This document shows positions 52,301 through 64,000 of a stretch of DNA of 64,000 bases, piece by piece. The notes beneath the pieces were generated by a model, which was given only the letters and a program-made list of their open reading frames with translations, ran no database searches and was not told where the DNA came from. Each line of letters opens with the position of its first letter. The first letter of the stretch is position 1. A program made the translations under genes and the position numbers. Origin of the DNA: Amphiscolops sp. MND2022 (taxonomy: Eukaryota); NCBI GenBank assembly GCA_964187785.1, contig OZ076409.1, positions 76,634,001 through 76,698,000 of the forward strand. The letters run 5' to 3'.

Positions 52301-55300
52301 TTACAGGGGTGCAATTCGTACCAACACCTAGCAAGGAAGTTTTGAACTGGCATATGGTATGAAATTAGGTCATGTGCAAGATGCTAGTATGGCGCTATCT
52401 CGCGAAACAGTTGCAGCAAGTGATTATATGTATCTTTTGTCCTCGGTGGGAGGGGAGGTTGATTTGATTTGACCGCGTTGATTATCAAGTGAGGGAATGG
52501 AAGTGATTATGTGTTATCTACCTATGCGGCTACCTGTCGCTAATTTATTCAAAATGCTGATTCTATAACTTCTAATCACGCCCATTTTTGGTTATAAAAA
52601 GCGGCACTTTCCTCCATACAATATTAGCATACAATTGCGTTGACCAATAGGCCGGTATTAATTTGCATCCCGATAGAAACGCTTCTTGTTAACGGTTCAT
52701 TAGTTCTGCGCAGTTTCATGACATGGCTAAGTTTGGAACTGGACTTTTTGCAATGGATGCAAAAACTTAGAAGATCCATTTGCATCCATTGCAATTCTTC
52801 TATTGTTGAGCGAAGTTAACGTTGGTTCGCCTTTAACTGTTGAATAAGTGATGAATTTTCACGTGTTACAAGCTAAAGCCACTGGCATCAAACTTGCAAA
52901 AATGGAATCTTTGATCCAGCAAAGTTTATTGACAAGAAGTGAAACCTATTTTGGAGACTTGATGTGTTTTTGCGTAATCGTTTTTGCGTCATTTACTTCA
53001 ATTTGACATGTTGCTGTTAGTCTATTTACGAGGTCATTTTTGTTCAAAGTTGATGACGAGCATATTCTCTTTCAACATTATTTCTTGGAACTTATATACA
53101 GTAAGAGTGCCTTTGGAGACTTGATCGTTTAAAACTAAACTGAGCTATGGTCTTTCATCTGTTATTAGTTTTTGACGAAGCATATTCTCAATAAAAATTT
53201 TTTCGTAAGAGAATGGACATTTTCGTAGTCACACGAACCATTTTCTATTATGATAAATAAGCGCTTGCTTCTCTCAAAAAGATTGAAAAGACGGACTTCT
53301 TGGTTTAAAAATGGAGAAAATCAGCTTCATGCTTTTTGAAAATAAATTCATTCTATTTTGATCTTTTTTTCTCGGAATTGGAAACATATACGTCGAAAAT
53401 AGTTTCATTTTTTGTGGAGTTGAAATCTGAACATCATTTCGGCATTTTTTGCTATTTGTTAGTTTTATTTTGCGGTATTTCAATTTTTCCAATTTTTCAA
53501 GCTTAATTTTGAAACTGCAGCAACCATATATACACATCCGAGACGCCAGACTCGCGGGCTAAAGTCGAGTAAAAAAATTCGGCTGGCTCCGTTCTTTTTT
53601 TTTGGAAGTTTTTGAAGTTGCAAATATTTCGGAGCTTATTTTTTAGTCGGCGCTTCATGAAGTGAAACGCGACTGTTATAGTGACTTTTTTTTAAAAAAA
53701 TTTCAATCTACACGAACTGACCAAAATAGTTCTTTAAAGTTCTACAAAATTTTTTGGTCCCAAATTGAATCATTTGGCCTAGCGAACTGAACCAAAAAGG
53801 TTTTTCCTCTTTTTCCGCGTAACATACAATACCGGAAGAGACTGAAGGGTCCCCCTTAGAGTTTTTTTCGGCATCGTGAGACTTTTTTTCGAAAATTTAT
53901 TTTCCCTAAAGAGTCCCCCTTCAATTTTTTGATGTTTTGCGAAAGAATGGATGTTTAAAAATTCCAAAGGGTCCCCCTTTCAGTTTTTTCGGCATTGAGA
54001 CTTTTTCGAAAGAAATTCACCAAACGGTCCCCCTTCAATTTTTTGCTGTTTTGCAACAGTGGATTTTAAAAAATGCGAAATGGTCCCTCACCTTTTAGCG
54101 CGCCAATTCGCTCCAACTTTTGAGTTTTTCAGGTACTGTAAAAGAGAATGCTTAGACAATTTGAAGTCCTTTTGCTGTTTTAGAGAATACTTTGACACTT
54201 TGAAGTCCTTTTGCTATTTTTGAGCCTTAGATATGGCGCCGACTTGGGCCGGTCCCGGCTTGTTAAATCTACCGGTTATATTGGAGATACTTCGCGTCAA
54301 TGTTCTTGCAACTTTCTGGTATCATTTAGCAGGCCAGTGTAGATAGTAGTAATGCTAATGTAATTTGGCCTGGAAACACGCATGTTTTATGTTTTTATCC
54401 GATACTGACACATATAGAACATGCTTTCTGACGTCATTATCAAGTTATGGTATTTTATTGAGATGGAAATGTTTGTCTGGAAGAAACAAATTGAGGCATT
54501 TAAACGTTAGGGGGACTGGTGGGAGGAATAATGTGTTATTTCGCAATATTGCAACGGGCTGCTTTTATTATTTCTTAATCAGCGCTTTGGTCGGTTCCGG
54601 TGTTTATTTTTTACCCTGGTTTGTTTGCCGATCAACTTTGATTTTCTCAAAGTAATTCAAAGCCTTTCTTCTCCGCTGCTAATGTGTGGAATACTTTTTC
54701 ATTCAAACAACGAATCTAATTGTATCCAAATCCGTGTAGGATTTTTAATATTTCTGCTTTAGCAGGAATATTATTGAAATCCGAAAATGTCTACTTATTT
54801 TTTTTCAGTACAATTTTTCGGACGATCTGAATAATTCAGATATTTTGTTCGGCAGTGAGTGTAAGCGAGAGAGATGCCGAAGACAATTCAATTCTAGTGC
54901 GATGGAACGAGCGAGTGGTAATTATCCATTCGTATGCTGACGTCATTGAGATGAAGCGAGGGAATATTCGTATTTGTGCTTTCGTTGCCCCGAGTTATTG
55001 AGATGAAGCGAATGAGTGTTAATTATTCGTTCGTTGAGAGCTTCGCCTGCATTCAAATGCGAATGCGAAACTTCGTCTACGCTTAGTACTTATATTTTCT
55101 TTAGTCCGGGAAGAATTAAAGGCGGTGTAAACTTGTACAGTGATTACATGTAATTGTGCGCTAAATAATGATTAAACAAGAGTGTATTGGTATTCCAGAT
55201 ATGATTCTTTTATTAATGAATTTTTTGTTTCAAAAAAATAAAGATTAAAGCAGAAATAGTACTGTGCCCCGGAGGGACCTATTTTTTGACTAGGCGGAGG

Positions 55301-58300
55301 AACCCGATAGTATTAATCGTAAATTTTGATGCAAATTACTTGATGTCGTTTTTGATTTAAAAGAAGGCCTATAACTTTTGAAAACAATATTCCAAACAGG
55401 AAAGCCTAGTCTCAAAGGTAGCAAAAGCATCGTGATTTTGTTGTCCCAATTCTTTTCAAATTGGTGCCATAATTTTTATGACAATTTCAATATAAATGCA
55501 CCTGTAGGGGTAGGCAATTTCCTCGGGGTATCTGCTCAAGGAGTCCCTGTCTTCGTTATGTGCGTAGTTTGTGGAACTTGTCTTCCTCGAAATTTTTTTG
55601 GCCGATGTTTTTCTCTTCTTGGACTGAGGCAGCATAGATTCTTCGATGGCCCATCTGTTTTTGATGTACCACTGAAACGGGACAAAACATTCGATATCAA
55701 ACCTACTTTTTTTCCTTTTCAACCAATCATGATAACTAAATGTATTTTTTATTAAATTTTCCCCAAACCCTACCATTGCAGTCTATCAATGCAAAACCAG
55801 CCTCATTCATTTGGATTATTGCTGGAGGCTGACAAGGTCGATTAAGTTGGTGGCGACTAGAACTAGTGTCTGTAATTGATCCGTTAACTTTAATCCTATT
55901 TCCACCCTCGGAGACACCAATCATGCATGCTGTGTCCGCAAAAAATGTCGGGCGGGGGGGGGGGTGGTCAGAGAAACCCTTGGTGTGTTTTCACGCCATG
56001 TCGACACCTTCCCTCCGATTGTTCAGGTGCCGGCATCTTTTCAAATGGAAAGGAATATAATGTTTGCGCTAAGTTGAAATGCAAGTAAGCTATGGATAAG
56101 TGTGTAAACATCCTTACTATCCATAGGCTAAATAAAATTCCGGTCGCTTGTTATGTTAATAAAGCATAATTTAGCTATTTGAGTGACAATGCAGCTCCGT
56201 TTTTGACGCCATATCAAGATTTCCATATATTTCATACAAAATTGCTAGCGGGTAACACAAAGCTTTAGAGACTGGACCAGTTACCCGGTTAATTAGTTCT
56301 TATTGATTAAAAGAATTAATTTAATCAGTTAAAACAAAAAGGAGTTTATAGTTAGACCTGATCCCAATTGACGGATGGATACTCTCTACAATGGTCAAAA
56401 ATCGATCAAATAAACGTTACCGCAACTGGTTCAGACAGACTTGGAAACTCGGTCATATTTTTGGTTCAAGTTGAAAGTTCGTGGAAGCTACTTTTTATGA
56501 AAATTGGATTGAATTTCAGTTTAACAATTCAACTTATTTTTTGTTAAAAATCACCTCTCTTTGGTCAATTGGTCAGCGGGTGTGACGCAGGTTAACCGAA
56601 TGAACGGTTATTTTAAACGATGAATCGATTGAGCTAAAATTTTAACTGGTCCAGGCTTTACAAAGCTTGTGAAGTATTCTCGCCTTCAACCAAAAACTCT
56701 TCAAAAACGCAAAAGTAAGTGCTAGTTGAATACCTGTAAGATTTGTTCATGTTGATCAACACAGTTCCAGTTGGCGATGCCTATCAAGTTGAAGGTCCGT
56801 TGTACGACCCCAATCCATTCCTGGTAAATTCTCTCATTTAGTAAATCGGTGATATAACCATCAATTCCCAGAGTGGTTCCTCCTGTCAGAATCCAAGTTG
56901 ATGTTGAAGTTGCAGCGTTGAGGAAACCTTGTTTGAACCTGAAATTAATGCAGATAGCTCCTGATGCGTGCCACCTGGAAGTAATCGCATCAGAAACAAG
57001 ACGCCAGGGCTTTTGACTAGTATTAATCTATAAAAGGTAAATTGGCTTACCCGCCCGCTGCTCAAATGCCAATTAAGAGTCATAGAAATAAACTAGTGAT
57101 TCATGGATATGAAATGGTAACTAGATGATCGTACGTTTTTGGCACCAGTCTTTCGAATGCATTTTTGCACGTATTTCAGTAAATGAGGTCGCTTCTGAAA
57201 GGTTAACTGTTTGGTGCTTAGTTCATTTGAAGCTTTTCATTCACGTAACACGAAACATTACTGTTTTTGAGCTCACGCTTGAATTTATTGAACAAACCAA
57301 ATGAACAGCTTCCTACAGGACCGCAAAAAAATGTATATTTCGTAGTCGAATGTTTCCGATGGTTGTGATATTTATCCCTCTGTTGGTTTTATTACGTACG
57401 GAGTTCAACTCGAAGTATAGTGTTTGGAAACTGGAGTAGATTTTAACCTGGAAACTTGTCGCTCTTCGACAATCTTGACTCGGCTGTGGCTGCCGGCGAA
57501 GGAAATGACTAAGTTCGGTTTGGTTAGCCCGAATTTCTTCATGAGGGTATCTCGCACGACTGTAGCGGGGCTCGTGTTGTTGGCCATCACTGCGAAGTTG
57601 GCTATCTTGTCTATGTTCTCCACTTCATTTAGAAAGCGGATCTTCCCAATGATTGCTTGATCAATGTTGTAAATACAAAAGTTCTCTGAAATACCAAATT
57701 AACCTTTACAGGTATTCATTCATTCATTCCTTCATCCTTTTTGTTCAGTTTTAATCAATTCATGTTCAGTCTCGACGAAACTTGCCTGTATTTTGAAATG
57801 AAATGATTTACTCAGTTTACTACATGAACTTAGTTATCAAAGCTCAAATTGTGAAGTTATTGATTTTTTGCAAAATCTTGTAGTGACCCAAATCGTGATC
57901 CACCTGAATCATGAACTTTTGCCTGATTACTTTCAGTTGTATAATTTAGTCAATCACTCGGTGCTTTGGAATTTTCCGGCTAGGGAAATGTTTCTAATCG
58001 ATAAGTTTTCATTGTTTCTTATCACCTGAGTGGAATCTCCAGAAATCTTTTTGCATCCATTTTCTAGGGCTGTGTTCAAGTGTTTATCGATACTTTAATG
58101 GAATGGAATGACTGATAAATTACATTTGCAGTCACTTCACAGCGTGCTGTGGCTATTTATGAGATGTATCATCATTTTTCAGAATCGCTCAGATGAGAGT
58201 ATTGCATTTTCCACGACGATTTTGGCAGTCTTTCAAATCAGTGCCGCCATCTCATACTCTCTACCATATTCCTCTCAATTCACTACTATTTCACGCTCCT

Positions 58301-59718
58301 GTATGGTACGTGTGCCATGCAATATATCCGTCAGTCGTTTATAAAACTCAAATGACTTTAGGAAATGCCCTCACAAAATATGACCTGATCCAACGGCACT
58401 GATTTCGAAACTTGTTTAAAAAAATGGAATTCCAATTTGATTAGCATAATTTGCGAATATTTTCTCAGGCTGCCGTATAAAATCCGGAACTACGTTTACC
58501 AGCCATTTTCGTAAAGTATCTTCAGTTTCAAAGCAATTGATGCTGTCTTTCACAGACCTAGCTGTCAGAAAAACAGGCAAAAGCGGTGCTCGCCTGGATC
58601 AGGCCTAATTCCATTATCAAACACTCCCTAGAGGCACTTTAGTTGAGGTATGCCTCTTCAAACTGACAATCAAGTAGTTAAACCCTATCAAAGTGTCCTA
58701 TTTGCTCAATTCGCAAGTTGCCCATAATCAAATGTTTTATTTCATATTTCGGTGTGAAAGTGAAATATTGAGAGTCTGCCTGAGGAAATAGGTTTATTTC
58801 TGGGACTTAGGTGTCTAATTAAAGCCTTGTGTTGATCTCCCGTCGCATTCTTTTCAAGATGTCTCATTTTACCAAGTGGGTTATTTTGCGCTTTTTCTCG
58901 CCCTGAGCCAACAATAAACTGAAGGTGAGGCTCAATGCTGTTAATTTGAATTTTAAGTACTGTATTACTTGAATTTGAGCCGCGGCTAATTCGTATCTTT
59001 TTTTTTCAGTTACTGACATTATTGGATGGTTGTTAGTATTGAAGTATTGGTTTGCTCATATTTGGTCATCAGTCGAATTGAGGACAAAAGACGATAAGAC
59101 GCCTACCTAAATGGAGCATGGCACAATTGAAATCTATGATTGTTTATAAGGCAAACTCCGAATATTATGATAGCTGATATTGCATGAGATAAATTTCAAA
59201 ATGACGTGATAGTATGCAGTTGGGCGTTCTTCCTAATTAGCCAAACGTCAAGTCATGCACTAACCCCGCCATTTGAGGGTATCTCTGGTCCATGGTTTGA
59301 TGTTAACTTGGTTCACAGCCTCTTCGTGGGCGGATATGGGGTATAGACAACCGGCACACAAGTCCTTCAGCTGTTGGCCACCTTCACCGGGAAACGTCTG
59401 CGGGGGTAATTTTGAGGTACCGAAAAACTTGACACATTTTTTGGCCGTCAAGTTTTTAACGTGGAATAAGTTCTCTTCAAAGTCCGTCTCCATGATTTCT
59501 CGGATTCTCTGCTTTCTCCTCTGCACCGATCGAGGGGATCCTAAACGAGTATCAAATCGAAGGGGCGATAACCGAGCCAGACATCCGGAAACTAAGTTTT
59601 TGCGAATTTTTGGACTGAGCCTGTTTCCACTGGCTGGCTCTTCGCTTTCATTGATGAATCCGTTTGCCAACGATAAGCTGCTAAAACTGTTTTGTCTGCT
59701 TTGGAAATTGCCTTGCAT
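43303..59718 (-). CDS. TRPM: TRPM-family (melastatin-like) transient receptor potential cation channel, multi-exon
   Basis: GT-AG exons inferred: 59718-59265, 57685-57448, 56938-56734, ~51862-51666, 51238-51040, 49545-49363, 48613-48406, 47423-46830, 45684-45178, 44865-44692, 44624-44498, 44167-43776, 43607-43303. All junctions are phase-compatible except 56734->~51.9 kb. Motifs: PNLVISFAG, WILTGG, IGIANW, PVVVCEGSG-AAD, LAMEWGR, LWATFSNR, LGPIWIMI, NLLVAL, TRP box EWKY...LPPPF, terminal coiled coil. Confidence 0.93.
46027..46390 (+). mobile_element. Helentron/DINE-like element, family 1 (degenerate copy)
   Basis: tttagtcagcg at the 5' end; ggcgccgacttgggccgttccc at the 3' end. Confidence 0.55.
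46465..46753 (+). mobile_element. Helentron-like non-autonomous element, family 2, with internal tRNA-like cassette
   Basis: subTIRs CACATGACGAAG (46469-46480) and CTTCGTCATGTG (46715-46726), 3' hairpin GCGAAGC-acc-GCTTCGC. Near-identical copy at 63572-63863. Confidence 0.7.
47752..48330 (+). mobile_element. Helentron/DINE-like element, family 1
   Basis: ttttAGTCGGCG ... CGCCGAGT-aggccgttcccggc-TTTT, with core repeats. Confidence 0.65.
53641..54264 (+). mobile_element. Helentron/DINE-like element, family 1
   Basis: Perfect 9-bp subTIRs AGTCGGCGC/GCGCCGACT, 3' hairpin GCCGG-tc-CCGGC, T-rich ends and tandem core repeats. Confidence 0.7.
56266..56660. mobile_element. hAT-type MITE
   Basis: TIRs TAGAGACTGGACCAGTTA / TAACTGGTCCAGGCTTTA, flanked by an 8-bp TSD CAAAGCTT (56258-56265 and 56661-56668). 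Confidence 0.85.
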
Positions 59719-60948
59719 TTAAACGAGCGATAATAGTTGATGCATTTAATCTTTAAAAGTGATTATTGCATGATCAAATTGCAAGTAAAATCACGATGGA
59801 TGATGCCCTTTAATGGTGTGCTAGTAAAAACGCAGGTAATGATGTTTATTGAAAAAGATTTACAAGATATATCCGCTAAAAATATGTTCCAGGTACGTTT
59901 ATTGAAATATGTTGGATGCGTTTAGTATCATTCGTGCCAAACAACAGCCATTTGGCTAACTGCAGCAGATTCACTATTGTACACGATCAATTTTAAATTC
60001 CTTATCCTCAGCTTGAGTAAATGGCCCTAGGCTCGAATTGCAAGTAGGCATTCATTAAATGTGTGAAATAAACTAATATTCCCTCTTAGTTGCCATGTCT
60101 CGAATTGTTCCTATGGTGAACATATACTACAGGCCTGATAACATCGTACCAGATGCATTAGTTTGAGATAAGACACTCTAACGATTACCTTTTGGAGAAA
60201 CTCAATGACAAATCGGTTGAATTTATTCTAACCAGGTTGAAATAGATGATAATAACCAGTGCTGCCCAATTTCCATACTATATGAAACAGGTATTTTTAT
60301 ATTCCCTTCATTGCATTGTTGCAAACGAAGCTAATAATCCTGACAAAAGATTCAAGTCAGCTTCTTTTGGAACGTTAATGCCGACCGTTCGATCGTTTTT
60401 AATGGTGTTAAAAAATGGAATGTCATTTGTTTTTATTTGTGGCAAATTTTGCTAATGCGTTGAGAGCCGCTTTTGATATGAGCGATGAAGCGAAAAAGGC
60501 ATTTAGTATTCACAGCTGCTGCGAATTTGCCTCAAACTCTACTGTTGAACATTGTTTGAGGCGCAAAAATGGAATGGGCCAAAAATAAATACTCCCGGGC
60601 CAAAAGTGGCTTCTTTCATCTTAAGAATTACTTCATTTGGTCACAAAAATATCAAGACTTTTTCCAATAATGACTCCAATTTAAAACAAACAACCTGTCA
60701 AACAAATCTAAGTCATCGTTTTTTTCTTGAGGCTTGCCAAGCTTTTAAAACCAATTTCTGGCTAGTATTTTCGAACGCTTCCAAATTTTATCGGTTGCTT
60801 GCTATAGAAGTAACCATGAAAGTTGAGCATAGCTATTGTTGAATAGATTTTCGATTTGAGCGAAGTCAAAATCGAAATCAGTCAAACTTTGGGTAACACT
60901 ATGAAAATCATACATTCGAACAGTTCGACGTCGCATTGAAATAATGAA

Positions 60949-61330
60949 ACAAGACGGGAACGTGTTAAGTCGGCGCTATACCTAAGGCTCAAAAAGTGCA
61001 GTTTTTAAAATATGGTCAGGACGTTTTTTAAATGAAAAACTCAGACAAAAGTTTCGAAACACCCAAAGGGTGTCTTTGGTGCTCGGAAAACGCTTCAGAA
61101 GATCGGATATAGTGATGGGACAAATGGAAGCACTTGTTTTTGAACATCTGCCTGTTTAGAACGCAATATAGTTCGGATATAACCTCAAATATTCGGATAT
61201 AGCGCTTTACTCCGTATATTACGTCAAAAGTATTTGTTAAAAGTGCACTGTGGACCGATCGCGTTGAACTGACGAAAAAATTAGCCACTGTAAGAGTCGT
61301 GTTTTTTCTTCGAAAACGCCGACTAAAAAT
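60949..61330 (-). mobile_element. Helentron/DINE-like element, family 1 (reverse orientation)
   Basis: Reverse complements of both family-1 termini (aagacgggaacgtgttaagtcggcgc ... cgccgactaaaaa). Confidence 0.6.
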
Positions 61331-63571
61331 AGTGAGGGATTAGTTAGCGAGAGCTGTTGCTAAAGATCACGAGTTGAAATACCGCCGAGTTGAGATGAAG
61401 CGAATGAGTGTTGATTATACTTTCGCGGAGAGCTTCGCCTGCATTCAAATATATATTTGCTTTAGTCCGAGATTTACTACTATTACTACTAAAAGACTGA
61501 CAACAGATTTAAAGGCGGTATAAACTGGTACAGTGCTTAATTGTGCGCTAAATAGTGATTAAACAGGAGTGTATTGGTATCCCAGGTATGATTCTGAGTC
61601 GAATATTTAGGATCGATTTATTACAAAACAGAAAATGATAATTTCAGAAATTTAGTGATCAAAGTTTGTTGAATGACTCGATCTTCCTCCTTCCGGGGCG
61701 CTTTGCGCCCCTCCCGGTCGGCCTTCAGTAATGACACGTCGCTCCACTTCCTCACGTAGGACACTATAGCTATGCTATAACAATAAAATTTTCACCTCTT
61801 TCGATCCTAGATAAAATCAAGTCACAATTCGATCTTGGATAATTTTTCGATCTTACACAATTCCACCCTGATGCATGAATTTTTTGTGATTATCTACTTT
61901 TGTTTTCGCTTTCCTACAATCAAATTTAATTTTGATGTGGTTGCATGCAACATTTTCACTTTTTTGGCTAAATCTTTTTTCATTGGAAAACATAAATCAG
62001 CTACAGATCCAGCGAGATTCAAGCGGCGGAAATGGCGGTTCTTCAACTCTTTTTGATCAAATAAATGGTGCTTTCATCTTGTATTTTTCCCTCATTAGGA
62101 ATCGGCAAATAATAAGAAAACGAAAAATAATTTCCGGTTAAACAAAAGTGTTCGCTAGACTTTATCAATCTCTCTACACCGCAATTCTTACTTTTTAGTT
62201 ATTGCGTCATCGTGAATGCGCGCATTTCGCATTTGTTCGAAAGTGCCAGTTATGAGGTCAACTAAAAGTGTGACTGAAAAAATGGTGGCTATAAACTCGA
62301 GCATGGCAATTGTTCGTTTTAGACCAAATTTCTTTGTTGCAGCTTTGTTGTAAATGAGCTTTTTGAAAAGACTGATTTCGTGATAGATTTTCGGGAAGTA
62401 ATCAGCGTGCATTTGCTAGCCTTCTGTTCCAAGCCGCTGCTTCTAAGCAATTTCAATTTGTGCCTCATCATTCGGGATTGCGCTAATTCTAATGGTTGAA
62501 TTGGCGCAATTTGATTGAACTTGTCTCACTTTACCTTTGAAAGCAGCTTGTATCCTGCTAAAAATAGTCGTTTCAAATTTTGGGGCATATTTTTTCGTAT
62601 TTCTGTCATTTGAATTATCTTAGAGATAAGGCTGAACTCAATGTTAAGAAGATTTTGGTTGATGGAGGTTAATTAATCGATTTTTGAAAGTAAACAATGG
62701 CGAAATTTTCACTTATTTTTGAACATTCATCAAATGTAAGTTTTTTCAAAAAAGTTTCTAACGCGTTGTGAGTGTTCAATGAATATAGCATATCAGTTTT
62801 GCTATCAAGTTATCAGCGTTCTTTTGAACCACTAGCTAGAACTTAAGCTATTCTTTTCCGCTTTTGACAAGCTTTCGTTCAAGTGGCATGAAAATTCTCA
62901 TCAAAAATCTTCCCGCTCATTTCCACTTTTGAAGAAACTGAAATATCACTGAAACTGATTGGACCTATTTTTTCTTGAACCTGCATGATATCTTCGAGCC
63001 ATTCCTTCAATCAGCTAGAGATAGATGTTATTGGAAGAAAGCGTGTTTTGTCTATTGAGTAAAATAATAGTTTGCTGAGAGATTTCTGACATCCTTCAAA
63101 ATAATGAATGCAAAACGTCATTATCACTTGATATTCTCCTTTATTCAGGTGTTTTTAGTCGCCGCTCCCTGTTCAAAAGAGCAGACTATAGTTGTGATTT
63201 TTTAACAGCCTCGCAAACTGACAAATTTATAGAAGCTTTTAACAAAAAAGTCTTAAGGCATATTAAATATAATACGTTTTTTCCTTCAACATCAAAATGC
63301 TGCTGCATCAAACTAGCTTTTCGCAGAATCCAGTTCTCTTAGCCCATTAAAGAGTTCATTCGTAGCAAAAACTTTGTATGCTTCCAGTGAAATTTACTTG
63401 GTTAGTCCTTTTTTACGAAATTCAAAAATCAATAAATTCTCAATGAGATTGATTCTATGAAAAATTCGTGGAAATGAAAAAATTCTTTTTGAATATTGTT
63501 TGAAATCTTTTGTAGTTGCAGAAGTAATACTGTGTCAGTGATGGGCCAATTTTTGGATATACCTCCCTTTC

Positions 63572-63863
63572 ATTGCACATGACGAAGTCAATGTGCATTG
63601 CAGTCCAGCTAAGAAAGTTTTTTTTCCACTATAGTCAACTTCATAATGAGCGCTTTTTAGAATAAAGCCAAAACCCCAGAGAGATTCGAACCTGCAGCCT
63701 CCCGATTGCACGGCATAAGTGTTGACCACTGTGCCGTAGGGACGTTATTGAACAAAGTTGAACTGTTGAATATATACGCATGCGATTAAAATAATATATA
63801 TACGCATATTAAAATAATCGATGTCTTCGTCATGTGTTGCGAAGCACCGCTTCGCCTCTGTGT
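63572..63863 (+). mobile_element. Helentron-like element, family 2, second copy (tRNA-like cassette at ~63672-63743, minus strand)
   Basis: Near-identical to 46465-46753; A box TGGCACAGTGG-like and B box GGTTCGAATC on the minus strand. Confidence 0.7.
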
Positions 63864-64000
63864 TCTGGGCACTAACATAGTTTTAGGTTTTTTTTCTGTT
63901 CTAACCGGTGTAGAGTGAGCACATAGGAACGTCCTCCTCATCTTCAAGACCATCAAGCTCAATTTCCATTCTTCCTTCCTTCTTTAGTTAGTGTCGCACT

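Overview
Animal (invertebrate-like) genomic DNA made of a retroelement cluster (1-42 kb) and an intron-rich TRPM-family cation channel gene on the minus strand (43.3-59.7 kb). (1) 1-~12.8 kb: a decayed minus-strand Ty3/Gypsy element. It carries an apparently tandem-duplicated protease, an AT-hook and Cys cluster plus two degenerate TARG1-like macrodomains after integrase, and an extra ORF (712->window edge, absent from the ORF track) behind a strong splice acceptor. (2) 15942-30199: a complete 14.26-kb env-bearing Gypsy-type endogenous retrovirus-like element. It has 332-bp LTRs, an ATTGT target-site duplication confirmed by an empty paralogous site at ~40706, an A_AAA_AAC gag/pol -1 slippery site, and a TARG1/DarG-like macrodomain at the Pol C-terminus that keeps the catalytic Lys/Asp positions. 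A ~3.3-kb block of accessory ORFs on both strands (including a small type-I membrane protein) precedes an intact class-I fusion glycoprotein ORF, although gag-pol is broken. (3) This provirus sits in a locally repeated unit of CR1/L2-like RT and CRE-like RLE fragments. (4) A 5'-truncated CR1-like LINE ends in a perfect ~1-kb (ACT)n tail. (5) A 200-N assembly gap. (6) The TRPM introns and flanks hold Helentron/DINE-like non-autonomous elements (one family carrying a tRNA-like cassette) and a hAT MITE. The most notable system is the complex Gypsy retrovirus with macrodomain, accessory genes and fusogen. All domain calls are by-eye motif recognition; no database searches were run.
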